DNA of 64,000 bases from Takakia lepidozioides (Eukaryota > Plantae > Bryophyta), in assembly GCA_030704615.1 (NCBI GenBank), contig CM060734.1:8866001-8930000 (forward strand), given 5' to 3'. Position numbers and translations under genes: made by a program. Position 1 is the stretch's first letter; each line of letters begins with the position of its first letter. Shown piece by piece: positions 24,400 through 36,300 of the stretch. Under the pieces are notes generated by a model, which did no database searches, was not told the DNA's origin, and worked only from the letters and a program-made list of their open reading frames with translations.

Positions 24400-25814
24400 C
24401 CGGTTGGCCATGCCTTGGTCAACACCCTGACCTCCGCGTCCTTGGCCATGTTGAGCTTGCCCTTGGCCTGCACCTCGTGCCTGGCCCCTCGTCCTCTCTG
24501 GGCTGCTCCACCTCGCCCCCGGCCACCATTGTTCCCTTGGAACTGGCCTGGGCGCAACTCAGGATGCAAACCATAACACTGGGCCTCTCCATGCCCGTGC
24601 TTGCCACAATGCCCACACTGCAACTGTGCAGGCTGTGCATGTGCCGGCCCTTTGCCTCCCTCTGGGCAATCCTTCTTGACATGGGGTCCTCCACATGTCC
24701 AACACACCACCTCCGCCCGTTGTTGGCCTGCAAATGAAGGAGAGACCCCTGCATCTGAGGTCCTCTCTGCCCTTCCCTGAGCTTCACCTGGCCCCCTTGT
24801 TGCCTTGAGCACGTTGAGGTAGTGGTTGGCTAGGAGCACCACTACCCCGTGGTGTCTCCTTAGCAAATCCCACCATGACCACTCGTTCCTCCACCATTGA
24901 GCTCTATCCGCTCTGCCAGCAAAAACACATTTGCGGGTTGGGCCGCTTGTAGGAGAGTTGCATCCCGCACCCTTCTCCTCAGCTCCTTGTCCAATATCCC
25001 ATACCAGAATTGGACTGCCTGAGCTTCCGTAACCCCTTGGGTTACATTTATCAAGCGCCTCATGCGAGTGAAAGCCTCCCTCAAGCTCTCAGTAGGCTTC
25101 CGTTGGAACTCTTGCAAGCTCCGCAACTTCTCTGTCCTCACCCCTTGGTAGTTCCCTCTCAACTCTTCGAAGAACTCCACAACAGGGTTGAAGGCAGGCA
25201 CGGGTACTAGTGCTGGTGCGGTAGTGGCTTGGGTGGACGTCGTAGCTACTGTACCACCAGTCCCACTGCTGCTTGCTGAAGCTGTGCAGCGGCAGGTGTA
25301 GCCACTGCCCTCGTGGCTCTAGTGCCCCTAGTGATGGAGACATAGTCGGGTGACCAGTACATCCTCCACTCCTCGATCTCAACCTCATGCCCCCGCCTGA
25401 ACTCATGGTAATCATCCATAGGCGGCCCCTCAAGGTGCTGAAACAGCCCTTCCATGCCATGAAAGGCGTAAATAGTTGTGGATTGCGCATTTGCTGCAAA
25501 TCACACCAACTATCAAACTCTTGGATAAAATCATCCAACTCGATGGTGCCCACCGCCCCAGAGTACCTTCGTGGCCCCTTGGTAGCTCCATACATCTCCT
25601 CCATTGTGTCCCACAACAATGGCAAGGAAACAACTTGCACCGCCGGTGTGAGTCCTCCTGATTCACAATCCGAATCAGAACCTTCCGTAGAAGACACAGG
25701 AGGTGAAGGTGGCCTAAACCGCACACCTCGTCTCGTGTACCCACTAGTATCGCTAGTGCTCGAACCGGCACTGTCCCAGCAACTAGTGGCACCTCCGTGT
25801 TGACAAACTGTCAC
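24400..25814 (-). pseudogene. gag of M1 with two zinc knuckles
   Basis: RRYSG..LDDFIQEFDSW; LQEFQRKPTESLREAFTRM; CWTCGGPHVKKDC and CGHCGKHGHGEAQC. Confidence 0.8.
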
Positions 25815-26489
25815 TCAACCGGTCATGAACATGTCCCTAACCCCCTCTCCACAAGGTAACCGGGTAGAGAACCTGTTGCGGCTTATGGTTTGGATACTAG
25901 GTTCCTAACATAGCCTACACCTGCACCTGCATCCACCGCAAGCACTCCTATGGTTGGCTGGTCATCACCTCCAACCTCACCACAGGAGAAACAATGATGG
26001 TCTGACTGGTCATCACCCCAGCCTCACCATCGACAGCATGCTCTAGGACTGGCCGGTGATCAAATCCGGACCAATCACCTATAAAAACAAGCGCCCACAC
26101 AAAACTAACATGGCGCACAGTCAAGCATGCAGGTATGGAGGGGATCCAAACACAAGAAATCAGAACGACAACTCCCCCACACCAAAAACAACTCCACGGT
26201 GTTGCTCCTGCAAGGACACCCCAGCCCAAACCCGGACTGACTCTTGCCTCCACCTACGGAAAGGTCTTGGCCTAATGAGAGGGTGGAAAACTACGAGGAA
26301 GAGAAGCTAAAGCAATGCCTAACCCCAGCATGCCCTCATCCCAACACTCTTCCTCTCCTCTCTTCCCTCACTTGCATGACCATGGGAATATCATGAAGAT
26401 ACTCCTCAAACCGCCCTCCACGAGCTTCAAAATTCGGCCTTCAAGACCACATGCCAGTCCTTAGGCAGTCCACCAGTGCCTCCACGAGT

Positions 26490-26875
26490 CAGCACAGGCC
26501 GCACAGGTCAACACGGGCACCACAGACCAGCACAGGCCCACACACACTGGTCACAGCCATTGGCCACAGCACAGGTTCACAGCCCCAAAGGGTCACAGTC
26601 ACAGCCTGTCACAGCCCTACACAGGTCACAGTCACATTCCACAGGAGGCCACCACAGCCTGTCACAGTCACACAACACACAGTCACATGTCACACACAGG
26701 GTTTCACAGCCCGTCACAGGGCACAGTCACAGGGTTCACACATCACAGCCCCAAAGGCCACCACAGCCTGTTCACACAGCCTGTCACAGCCCCTCACAGC
26801 ACAGCCCGTCACAGCCCCCCACAGGCACAGCCTGGTCACAGCACACACCACATGGTCACAGTTTCACAGCCCCAT
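26490..26875. repeat. CACAG-based low-complexity tandem array in the M1 leader
   Basis: Dozens of (GT)CACAG units. A similar patch occurs at 17045-17145. Confidence 0.8.
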
Positions 26876-27319
26876 CCATGGCCACTCATGGCAGTTTAGC
26901 CATTTCTCCAAGGGGTTTAGCCACGCCAAGCTAGGGTTTGTGTCTCTTGGACTCTAGGCTTCTTTGCACCGAGCTATGGCGGCTGTGAGAAATCAGCAAG
27001 GTATTCTTGCTCTTTGGCCCCCACACACCACCAATAGTAGCCTAATTCCAAAGGAAGATGTTTGCAACAAACTAAGTGCACAAGCTTCTTTTAACTCCCA
27101 AACACGCCATTGCTATGGCGACTAACCAAACATGGCTGACTTCCAGCCCTTGTAGGCACTCATTCACTTGCCATAGCATGCCCTTCCTAATCCAGCCCCT
27201 GCACCTGCTGCTTCAAGAGTTGTGCTCCAGCTTGAAGTTGAAACCCCAACTCACATATGCCCTACAAGTGCTTTTATTTCACCCCAAGTGGAAACCAGCC
27301 CTAGCCCTTCCGTTCTAGC

Positions 27320-27700
27320 TCTCTAAAGCTTGAAAACAAGAGCCTCAATGGGCTGAAGGCATGCTCCACACATGCCCCACTCTCACCATAAGAGAATCAG
27401 CCTTTGCTTCATTTCTTGCACCCACAAACCTGAAAATACAAGCTTCAGCGGGCTGAAAGCATGCTCCACACATGCCTACAGGGAAACCAGCCCCTTCCTT
27501 TCTTTCTTGCACTCCCAAACCTGAAAGTACAAGCCTTCAACAGGCTGAAAGCATGCTCCACACATGCATTGCCCTCACATAAGGGAAGTCAGCCCTTCCT
27601 CTTCCTTGCTTGCCCTCCAAGCTTGAAGATGGAAGCTTCAATGAGCTGAATACATGCTCCACACATGCAACCTCTTCACACAAGAGTATCAGCCCCCTAT
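27320..27700. repeat. ~95-100-bp tandem repeat (4 units) in the M1 leader
   Basis: GCTGAAAGCATGCTCCACACATGC-like motif at about 27352, 27452, 27544 and 27644. Confidence 0.8.
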
Positions 27701-28726
27701 CTTGGCTCCTTGGCTCCTTGATGCTCTCTAAGACAAGACTAAGCACTCCACAGCCTTTGCCAAGCTCCTGAAACCCTAAGGCTTACATTTCCAGCCACAA
27801 GACACTCCTCTTGTGGTGCAAGAGCTCTTCTTCCAAGCTCTGAAACCCTAGGTGCACATTCCATGGCCTTGCCGCACCTCTTAGCTCCTGTTCCAGCCCT
27901 GCTCTTGCCATGACAAGAGCCCTCTCAATGCTGAAGCTCGAGATTGAAACCCAATCTCAACATACTCCACAAAGTGCACTGATTTGCCCCAAGCCAAATC
28001 AGCCCTTTCGCTTGGTCTTGCAATCCTTCACACAATGAAAGCTCGCATTCCCAAGTCCAGTTCTCAGCTTTGCCACCAAAGCCACTATAACCTGCTCTTG
28101 ACTGGTCCTCTTCCCAATCGTGCTTGCTCATGCATGTACACAATCTGAAACCATCAAGGTGCTCTGGAATTACCTGCAGCATGGTGCTTTCATCTCTGAA
28201 GCTGAAGATCGAATGCCAAGGTCTACCACCTCGTAACCCACATCGCCTCCGCTTCTAACAACAAGAGCTCCACGGTGCTCCTTGCATAACAACCTGGTTT
28301 CTCTCATTCTCAAGCAAAAACCACAAGTGCTACAACTAACTCGTATCTGGCACTCACAGATACGAGCTCATCTTTCTCGAGTGATAAAGAAGAAGAATAC
28401 AAGCACAAGCTCATGCGAACTCACAAAGCTGAAGCATAAACTCATGCATATATAAACTCATCACTCAAATACAAGTCAAGCCAAGTGCACCCCACGCCAT
28501 GGGGAATCCACACTACGGCGCCATAGCTAGGCGCGGTGAGGCTCAACTCGAGAAAGATGAGCCTCCTGCGCTTGCCGTGAAGATAACCACTCCAAGGCCT
28601 AAATCTGCCTTGACCCCTGGATTGACACTTGGGCCAATCCCAAATGTCAATATGTAAAAGCTAGCTATTTCCTAGCTAGTTTCACACTAGTGGTAAAATA
28701 ACTTAACATCTTCGTTACTAATCACG

Positions 28727-30927
28727 TGTTGTGAGTTTCTTTTATTTCTTCACCAAGTGAAGAACCACAGGTGCAGGAATGGGAACAATTGGATGGCTAA
28801 TATATGCACTCTTGTTCAATGCATATGTAGAATAATAGAAATTTTTGGTTAAGATTTAATTTTAGGACTATTTAGTGCATTTCCTACTCGATATACTCTG
28901 TGATACTATCGATATGGATTCGATATAGTAACATTGCTCGATATTTTATGACGGTCGTTAGTCTGACTTTAATCGATAATGAAGGAAATGGATGGATGAC
29001 TATTGTGGATGGATAGAAGAGGTTGAGTCGTTATAGAAGTTGTTGGAACAACTCTGCTATTTATTTCGTTCACGTGAAGTAGATGGTGTCAGATGAGCCG
29101 GAGAGCCGTGACCAGAGTAGAGAGTGTTTGTGTAGGAGCTGTAGAATTTAGGAGATAGAATAGTACATCAATGGTAGTGTAGATCTGCAATACTGTTCTG
29201 ATTATTGTTGGGAGAAGTAAAGGAGGGCATTCAATTGAGTATTTCCTGTGAATGATGGAATGATTTGTAACAGATGAATTGAATGTTTAACTTTTGTATG
29301 AGATGGTGAGAATGTGCACTATTGGAGGAGATAAGAATTATGTGCGTGAATTAACCCCAGGGTTACCAAGAGATGTATCGATTCTGATATTTAAGAGTCT
29401 ACCCTGTAATGATGCAGAATTAGTGCAACTAGAGAGTGTAAGTAAAGCTTGGCAAAAGGAGTTATCAGTTCTTTATAAACATTGCCATCTGCAACGTAAG
29501 TGGATTCAGATGTGGTGTTGTCCCCTAGATGGTTACCCATAATATATTAGGGAATTATCGACCCTTTATAAAGAAGACTAGTGGAGGAAAAATATAGCTG
29601 AGCAATGGTATTTAATTTCAGCCGATGGAGCAAAAGTTAATAGAAGATGGAGAGAATATTTATGAAACCGGAAGAATGATGATTGTGTTAGATGAAGATG
29701 ACTGGTGGTAAGAGTCGATTCAAGGAAGAGATAGAGAGAGATAGGATAGTCTAGCATCGTTATTTCATAATCGTATAGTGCTTTCCCTGCGAACGAACCT
29801 CGAAACTAATTGATCCTTTCCCTGGGGTTGATTCTAGTTTTTATTCTACATCTTTTTGGCGCCGCTGCCGGGGAAAGGCGATGCGGTTTGCGATAATGAT
29901 GCCTTAATAAACCTTCAAGATATTTACTTTTTAAGGTTGTTGAAAGAAGACGAGATGACAGGGGAAGTCATTCATATAGTAAGGTTCCACCACCTGGGTT
30001 AAAATTATGTCTTTTTTGCAATCCACGGAATCAGCACAAAAAGGCAGAAATTCCGGAATGTTTTTGAAGTCAGAGGAAGAAGGCTAAAACGATTGAACCT
30101 TCGGGATTTGAGCCTAAGGAAGACGACAATGTTAGCACTGGCGATAGTCAAGGAGGAGCCGATCTAGCTCCCACCTAAACAAGAGGACCAGGCAACGACA
30201 CTCGAATTGTCTGTTGCTAGAAATCAGGGAGATCGTCTTGTGTTCTCGATAAAGAAGACGGGGTATGGGGAACGAGGGAATCCCCCGTGAGAATGGAGCA
30301 TCAGGCTAAGGCAAGGGCTGATTGATTGGCCGTGCGGATAGCACGACGTGCATTATTAGCCGCACAGCTAGTTGCAGTATCGGCACCGCCTAATTTACCT
30401 CCTATTGCACCTCCTATCGTATCTATTGTACCGCCTATTGTACCAGCACCAATGGCTGCGGTACCGATTGGAGTTAACTTACAGTCGATTCCGGTGGTGG
30501 TGAACTTGGGAGGCCCCGACGATAGACCAATCAATGTATCGCCTATGCCACAGTTCACAGGACTACAGGGATCAGACCCCGATCGGCATTTGGCTCAGTT
30601 TATGATGGCTTGTATTGCCAACAATGCCAGGACAGAAGACTGGTGGTGGACGATGTTTCCCGCTATGTGAGCTACGTGAGCTGGCTTTTTAGTGGTAAGA
30701 TCGTCAACCTCATGGCATTTTTACTAATTGGAATGCCCTAAATACAACATTTTTTACACAATCAGGCCCTTGGGTTTTACCGATCGGTTGCATGAGCAAT
30801 TGACTAAGCTCCATATGGTAGAAGGAGAATCCGTTGGCTCCTTTGCAAGACGATTGGAAGATATCCTCCGGCGATGGAATAACCATAACATCCCTGACCA
30901 TATGCAGATGGGCCTTTTTGTGGAGGT
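28727..30927 (+). mobile_element. 5' part of an Athila-like Gypsy element: LTR, PBS-Asp, truncated gag
   Basis: LTR end ...CTACA at 29850. PBS TGGCGCCGCTGCCGGGGA at 29857-29874. gag MPQFTGLQGSDPDRHLAQF..LTKLHMVEGESVGSFARRL at 30326-30927. The LTR left boundary is approximate. Confidence 0.75.
29348..29625 (+). pseudogene. F-box (F-box/kelch-type) gene fragment inside the LTR region
   Basis: ELTPGLPRDVSILIFKSLP..LVQLESVSKAWQKEL matches the F-box consensus LIPGLPDD....LP.......VSK.W. The downstream RKNIAEQWYL resembles the post-F-box 'R...G..E.W' segment. Confidence 0.55.
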
Positions 30928-30936
30928 TAGCTATTT

Positions 30937-31490
30937 CATGAGCATGAGCGGCATGAGCGGCATGAGCGGAGTAGTAAGACAATCGGTTTTCATGAGCAGA
31001 AGTACAAATTTTGGAAATAAAAAACATTAAAAAACATTATTTTAATGGAATGTGTCAAAACAAAACTAATATAATATTCATTGTTTGAAGCTGAAATTGT
31101 AGTTTTGGGAGCCGTGCTCATGATATTTCCTCTTCCGCTCATGGAAATTCCGAGCGACATCTGCAAAAATGGCGCCGAATTTCATGGTAATAGGTTCCGC
31201 AACCGAAGAAAACTGCGACGTATTTCGCGGTAATATGTGCCTCCGGCGAAAAATGGTGCCGAATTTCGCGGCTATAGGTCCCAACATGGCAGGTGTGTTA
31301 GCCCAAAATTTGGAAATGTGGCGCCGAATTTCGGTAGATGGTGCCGGGGATTGCACAGATGTTGGGCACTTCTGGGCCATGTAACTGGAAATTCGGCGCC
31401 ATTTTTCCAGACATCGTTCCCGTACATGTTGGGACTTAGCCAGTTTTCGGCCCAAAATAGGGAAATTCGGCACCATTTTTCCAAAAATGG
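30937..31490. repeat. Subterminal-type repeats of a probable DNA transposon
   Basis: CATGAGCGG three times, with an inverted copy near 31136. TGG(C/T)GCCGAATTTC at about 31170, 31255 and 31319, inverted at about 31388 and 31463. Confidence 0.65.
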
Positions 31491-31757
31491 CCCCCACAAC
31501 TACTACTGTTCGAACTCAGTTTTCTGGAAGATCTGCAAATTTTTCCTGCCGCCATCTTATTATGGATTCTGTTTCGACATTGAATTGCCACTGGACGTCA
31601 ACGGATATCCAGAAGTCCATAGTGTTTAAAAGATATTACTTTAATATTGTCTGTCTCATCCTGGAGTTTTGGGGTGCATTTCATTACACTGCAAAACAAA
31701 GTTTAATGCATAAAAATGCAATTGCAAATATCCATGTGGTGGATTCCCTTTGTCCCA

Positions 31758-33497
31758 TCAATGATTTCTGGAATCCCGGCGGAGGAGTTTGTGCAGCTCG
31801 TTCACGCTCAACGCTGGTGCATGAACAAAGTCATCAATAGTTAGGTTCATCCTCAACCTCTTCAGGTAAATGTAATACAGATGCTTGCACGGATAATACT
31901 TTGTCCCCTTCTTTGCTTCCATCAACGAGAAGTCCGTACAATTGCAGGTCGGCTCCACTCCGATTGTAATTGTGTATACGTCGTCGCGTACAGCTGAGCC
32001 GGCCGTTGCCATCCGATAAACACGCCCAAGGCTGGGTGCGGGTACGTCCACGGAGCTCTGAATAGTGCAAGCCATCCCAAGAACATTGGCAATCCGAGTC
32101 TCATTCAACTTGTTGGGAGGGTATCGTCTCTTCACTCTTCTGAATTGCATTGTGGGATGTGCAGAATTGTCCAATCCGTCTCTACTGGACCGAGCAGTCT
32201 GCAATGGCTGGGTTTGAGGAACTGGAAATGGGTGGGCCGGGACGTCTGTGCGTTGCACCATTCGAAATCCTGCTGCAGAAAGAGCATCCGCCTCATTCTG
32301 AGAGAGGTTGCAACCCGGTGCAACATGCCAGACACCCGGAGGCTCCGGCATTCCTTGAATCCCGTACTTGGGCTTGCCAAATACACAAGTCATTATGTCG
32401 TGCCTACAGAACCAAAACGTCTGCGTTGTGGCGTGAGAAAATCTGGGAGTCAAAAATCTGTCGCTGAAACAAGGTGCAGGTACAGCACCGTGTTGGTTCT
32501 TCCGAATCATCTCACCACAGCGTGCTCTCGTATCCACCCGGATGGCGCAGCACTTCCCTCGAAATGCCGGCAATGTCCTTGCAACATCACGGGACCACGA
32601 GGGAGCGTGCAAATATTCTTGTCAGCTCACCATGAATCCTCTTCTCCGTCAGGTGCCTTGTCAAGTCTTCGTCTCACTGGATGGGTGTGAACATCTCCTT
32701 CCAAATGTTGGCCTCTTCGAAGCAATGGCGTGTCTTGAAGGCCCTCTCGCAAGGCTGCCGCCCACTTCCAAGGATTCTTTGATCTGGAGGCAGTCCGCAT
32801 CAGCATTTCCTGCCTGTCCGGCCCCAAGCCCCACTGTTTCCCTTTCAAGAACTCGTTGTACCTGCATTACTGCATAATTGACCTCGCAATGTCCTCCGTT
32901 GTGGCAGTGAGGATGTCCACCAGATGCGCCGCAGAGGAGGCACGCCAGGAAGAATGTACTGATTCGGCCATGTTTGTTGTCGGCATGTCGGTGTCGGAGT
33001 CCAGACACATTTCCTGCACATGCACATACTGCGGTTACAAGCTAGTTACAAATAATAACTAGCATAATATTTAACGGGACGCGAATTCGTCCAACTCACC
33101 TCCCGCATATAGTCGCCGAACTGGAGGAAACGATAATGTCACCATGCTAGCCAACTAACCATTGCTCCCTCGTCTGATTTCTTTACAGCACCTGACAACG
33201 ATCTGCCTCAGTCCCGTGTCCTGGACCTACTTCCATGAATGTAATCATATCCACATCGTCGCTTCACCTCCAGAATGGAGTGCATATCCGATTCTCTGTT
33301 TGCAGGAGACAATGTGGTTTCGGACATTTTGTGAACAGACGTGGGACACTGACTCCAGCAATGTCTCCATTTCCTTCTCATCGAGACGAACTCTGTCGGA
33401 GCCATCTTCCGACATAATTCTGGCTAATGTCATCTTATGGGCGGTCTGCAGCTGTATCTGTTTGGGTTTGGCACCAGGTCTCAACTTAACCTCCTCC
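31758..33497 (-). pseudogene. SWIM zinc-finger gene, probably intron-containing and transposon-borne, 5'-truncated by M2
   Basis: YTITIGVEPTCNCTDF...PCKHLYYIY is a SWIM CxC..CxH motif. Upstream coding-like segments at 32627-33008 and 33245-33484. Confidence 0.6.
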
Positions 33498-36300
33498 TGC
33501 CGGTTCGAGCACTAGCGATACTAGTGGGTACACGAAACGAGGTGTGCGGTTTAGGCCACCTTCACCTCTTGTGTCTTCTACGGAATGTGCTGATTCGGAT
33601 TGTGAATCAGGAGGACTCACACCAGCGGTGCAAGTTGTTTCCTTGCCATTGTTGTGGGACACAATAGAGAAGATGTATGGAGCTACCAAGGGGCCACGTA
33701 GGTACTCTGGGGCGGTGGGCTCCATCGAGTTGGATGACTTTATCCAAGAGTTTGATAGTTGGTGCGACTTGCAGCAAATGCGCAATCCACAACTGTTTAC
33801 GCCTTTTATGGCATGGAAGGGGCTGTTTCAGCACCTTGAGGGGCCGCCCATGGATGATTACCATGAGTTCAGGTGGAGGCATGAGGTTGAGATCGAGGAG
33901 TGGAGGATGTACTGGTCACCCGACTATGTCTCCATCACTAGGGGCACTAGATCCATGAGGGCAGTGACTACACCTGCAGCTGCATTAGCAGCTTCAACAA
34001 GCACCAGTGGGACTAGTGGTACCGTAGCTACGACGTCCACCCAAGCCACTGCCGCACCAGCACCAGTGCCCGTGCCTGGCTTCAACCCTGTTGTGGAGTT
34101 CCTCGAAGAGTTGAGAGGGAACTACCAAGGGGTGAGGACAGAGAAGTTGCGGAGCTTGCAAGAGTTCCAATGAAAGCCTACTGAGAGCTTGAGGGAGGCT
34201 TTCACTCGCATGAGGCGCTTGATTAATGTAACCCAAGGGGTTACGGAAGCTCAGGCAGTCCAATTCTGGTATGGGATATTGGACAAGGAGCTGAGGAGAA
34301 AGGTGCGAGATGCAACTCTCCTACAAGCGGCCCAACCCACCTTAGCAAATGTGTTTTGCTGGCCGGATAGAGCTCATACATGGTGGAGGAACGAGTGGTC
34401 ATGGTGGGATTTGCTAAGGAGACACCACGGGGTAGTGGTGCTCCTAGCCAACCACTACCTCAACATGCTCAAGGCAACAGGGAGCCTCAGGTGAAGCCCA
34501 AGGAAGGACAGAGACGACCTCAGAAGCAGGGGTCTCTCCCTTCATTTGCAGGCCAACAACGGGTGGATGTGGTGTGTTGGACATGTGGAGGACCCCATAT
34601 CAAGAAGGAATGCCCAGAGAACGGCAAAGGGTTGGCTCAGGTACAGCCTACACAGTTGCAGTGTGGGCATTGCGGCAAGTTTGGGCACGGAGAGGCCCAG
34701 TGTTATGACATGCATCCTGAGTTGTGGCCAGGCCAATTCCAACTGAACAATGGTGGCCGGGGCGAGGTGGAGCAGCTCAGAGAGGACGAGGTGGCCAGGC
34801 ACGAGGTGCAGGCCAAGGGCAAGCTCAGCATGACCAGGGACGAGGAGGTCAGGGTGCTGACCAAGGCATGGCCAACCGGCTTCAGCAGCTAGAGCAGCGG
34901 CTTGCTGCCATGGCCACAGCTCAGGTGGTACCAGCTCCAAGGCCTGAGGGTCCACCTCCTGCTCCTAAGGGAGGAGATATGGGAGGCATGGGATTCATGT
35001 GGGGAGGAACACTACCACTAGTGCAGGTGGAGTCTGCTGTAGCCGTGACTCGAGGAGCAGCACGAGTTCCTGAGCCACGAGGTGCGGAGGTGGAGTTGGA
35101 TCCACAGTGTGGGGAGCAAGCCATCAGGCTAGGCTGCTTCAATCATTCACATTGGCGGAGACAGTGTCGATGCCATCCATGGTACCTAGTTCTCGCCCGA
35201 CTGCTACCGAGGTGGAGATTACTGTGCCATTGGGGAGAGCCACACGGGCAGCACCACTACCTGCTGCCAAGGCTACGGCAGCTAGTGTACTACTGGGGGC
35301 GGCCACATCTGTATGTCAGGCTCCATTGTTCTCGGCTACCATGATTGCGACGCCAGGGGTGCGACCAGCTGCAGTGTTTAGACTGGCAGCTACACTCTGT
35401 GAGAGTGGGGAGGTCACTTCATCTTCTGCGGAGATAGTGGAAGATGTAGTGGCGGAGGGATCCTCAGAGTTGAGGGTCAAGACTGCCACGGCGGCGCCAT
35501 GACAAGCTGCAGCTGCCAGGTTGGCGGAGCTGCCATCTAGGCCAGCCATTGAGCGCGCCATGTTAAACAACCAGGATGACATTTTCTATTTGAGTGGACC
35601 GGCAGGCAAGAGATAATGGCCACTGCGAGTCTTGTTGGACTCAGGAGCTCAACCATTGATGCTGGGCAGAGCTGCTATTGCAGGCTTGGGCCTCACGGAG
35701 GCGGACATGGAGCCTTGTCCTTTCTAGATACAAACATCTTTGGGAGGATTGGAGCAGGCTCGGGGCATGACACGACGTGAGTTGGCTATCAGACTACAGC
35801 CGGATCATCCTGCAGATGGCTCAGTGATGCGAGCCAAGGCCATTGTGGTAGACGCGGGCTCGTACGATGTCCTTGTTGGTGGGGCAGTGTTGTACCCCAT
35901 GGGCTTCACCCTGGATTTTTGGGAGGAGTCAGCTTCCTATAGGCCTGGATGGCAGTCAGGGGAGGGTCGGCGTGTGCAGCTCCCTGTGACGTTCATAGGA
36001 GGAGTTGCGGTTGCCCAACAAGGCAAGATGCCGACACTAGCAGCATTCACAGCTGTAGTGACTTGGCTTGGAGAGTTGCTAAAGGGCAACGCTCATTCAG
36101 AGGATGACATACCTCCAGGAGAGCAGGATGACATGTATGGTATGGCGGAGTTGCCTGCCATGGTTGCTCAGACTCCATTGTGGGGCACGAGCAAGGATTT
36201 GTAGCGAGTGGTTGATCGATGGGTGCAACAAGCCTAGGTAGAGGCTTTTATACCATCAGGAGAGGAGGAGAGTGCGGGGATTTCACCAGGACCACCTCAG

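Larger units (their letters stand above)
19434..28700 (-). mobile_element. Ty3/Gypsy retrotransposon encoding a C5 DNA methyltransferase and a PHD finger (copy M1)
   Basis: gag ~25814-24400, protease LLDSGA ~23620, DNMT ~22940-21990, RT ~21500-20650, RNaseH start fused to the integrase tail at ~20535, PHD 20024-19891. PPT AGGGGGGCGAT at 19632-19622 is followed by TGTGTGG. Both outer boundaries are approximate and no matching 5' LTR was found. Confidence 0.85.

Noticed and set aside
26451-26957. His/Thr/Ser-rich ORFs
   Set aside because: They are translations of the CACAG tandem array.
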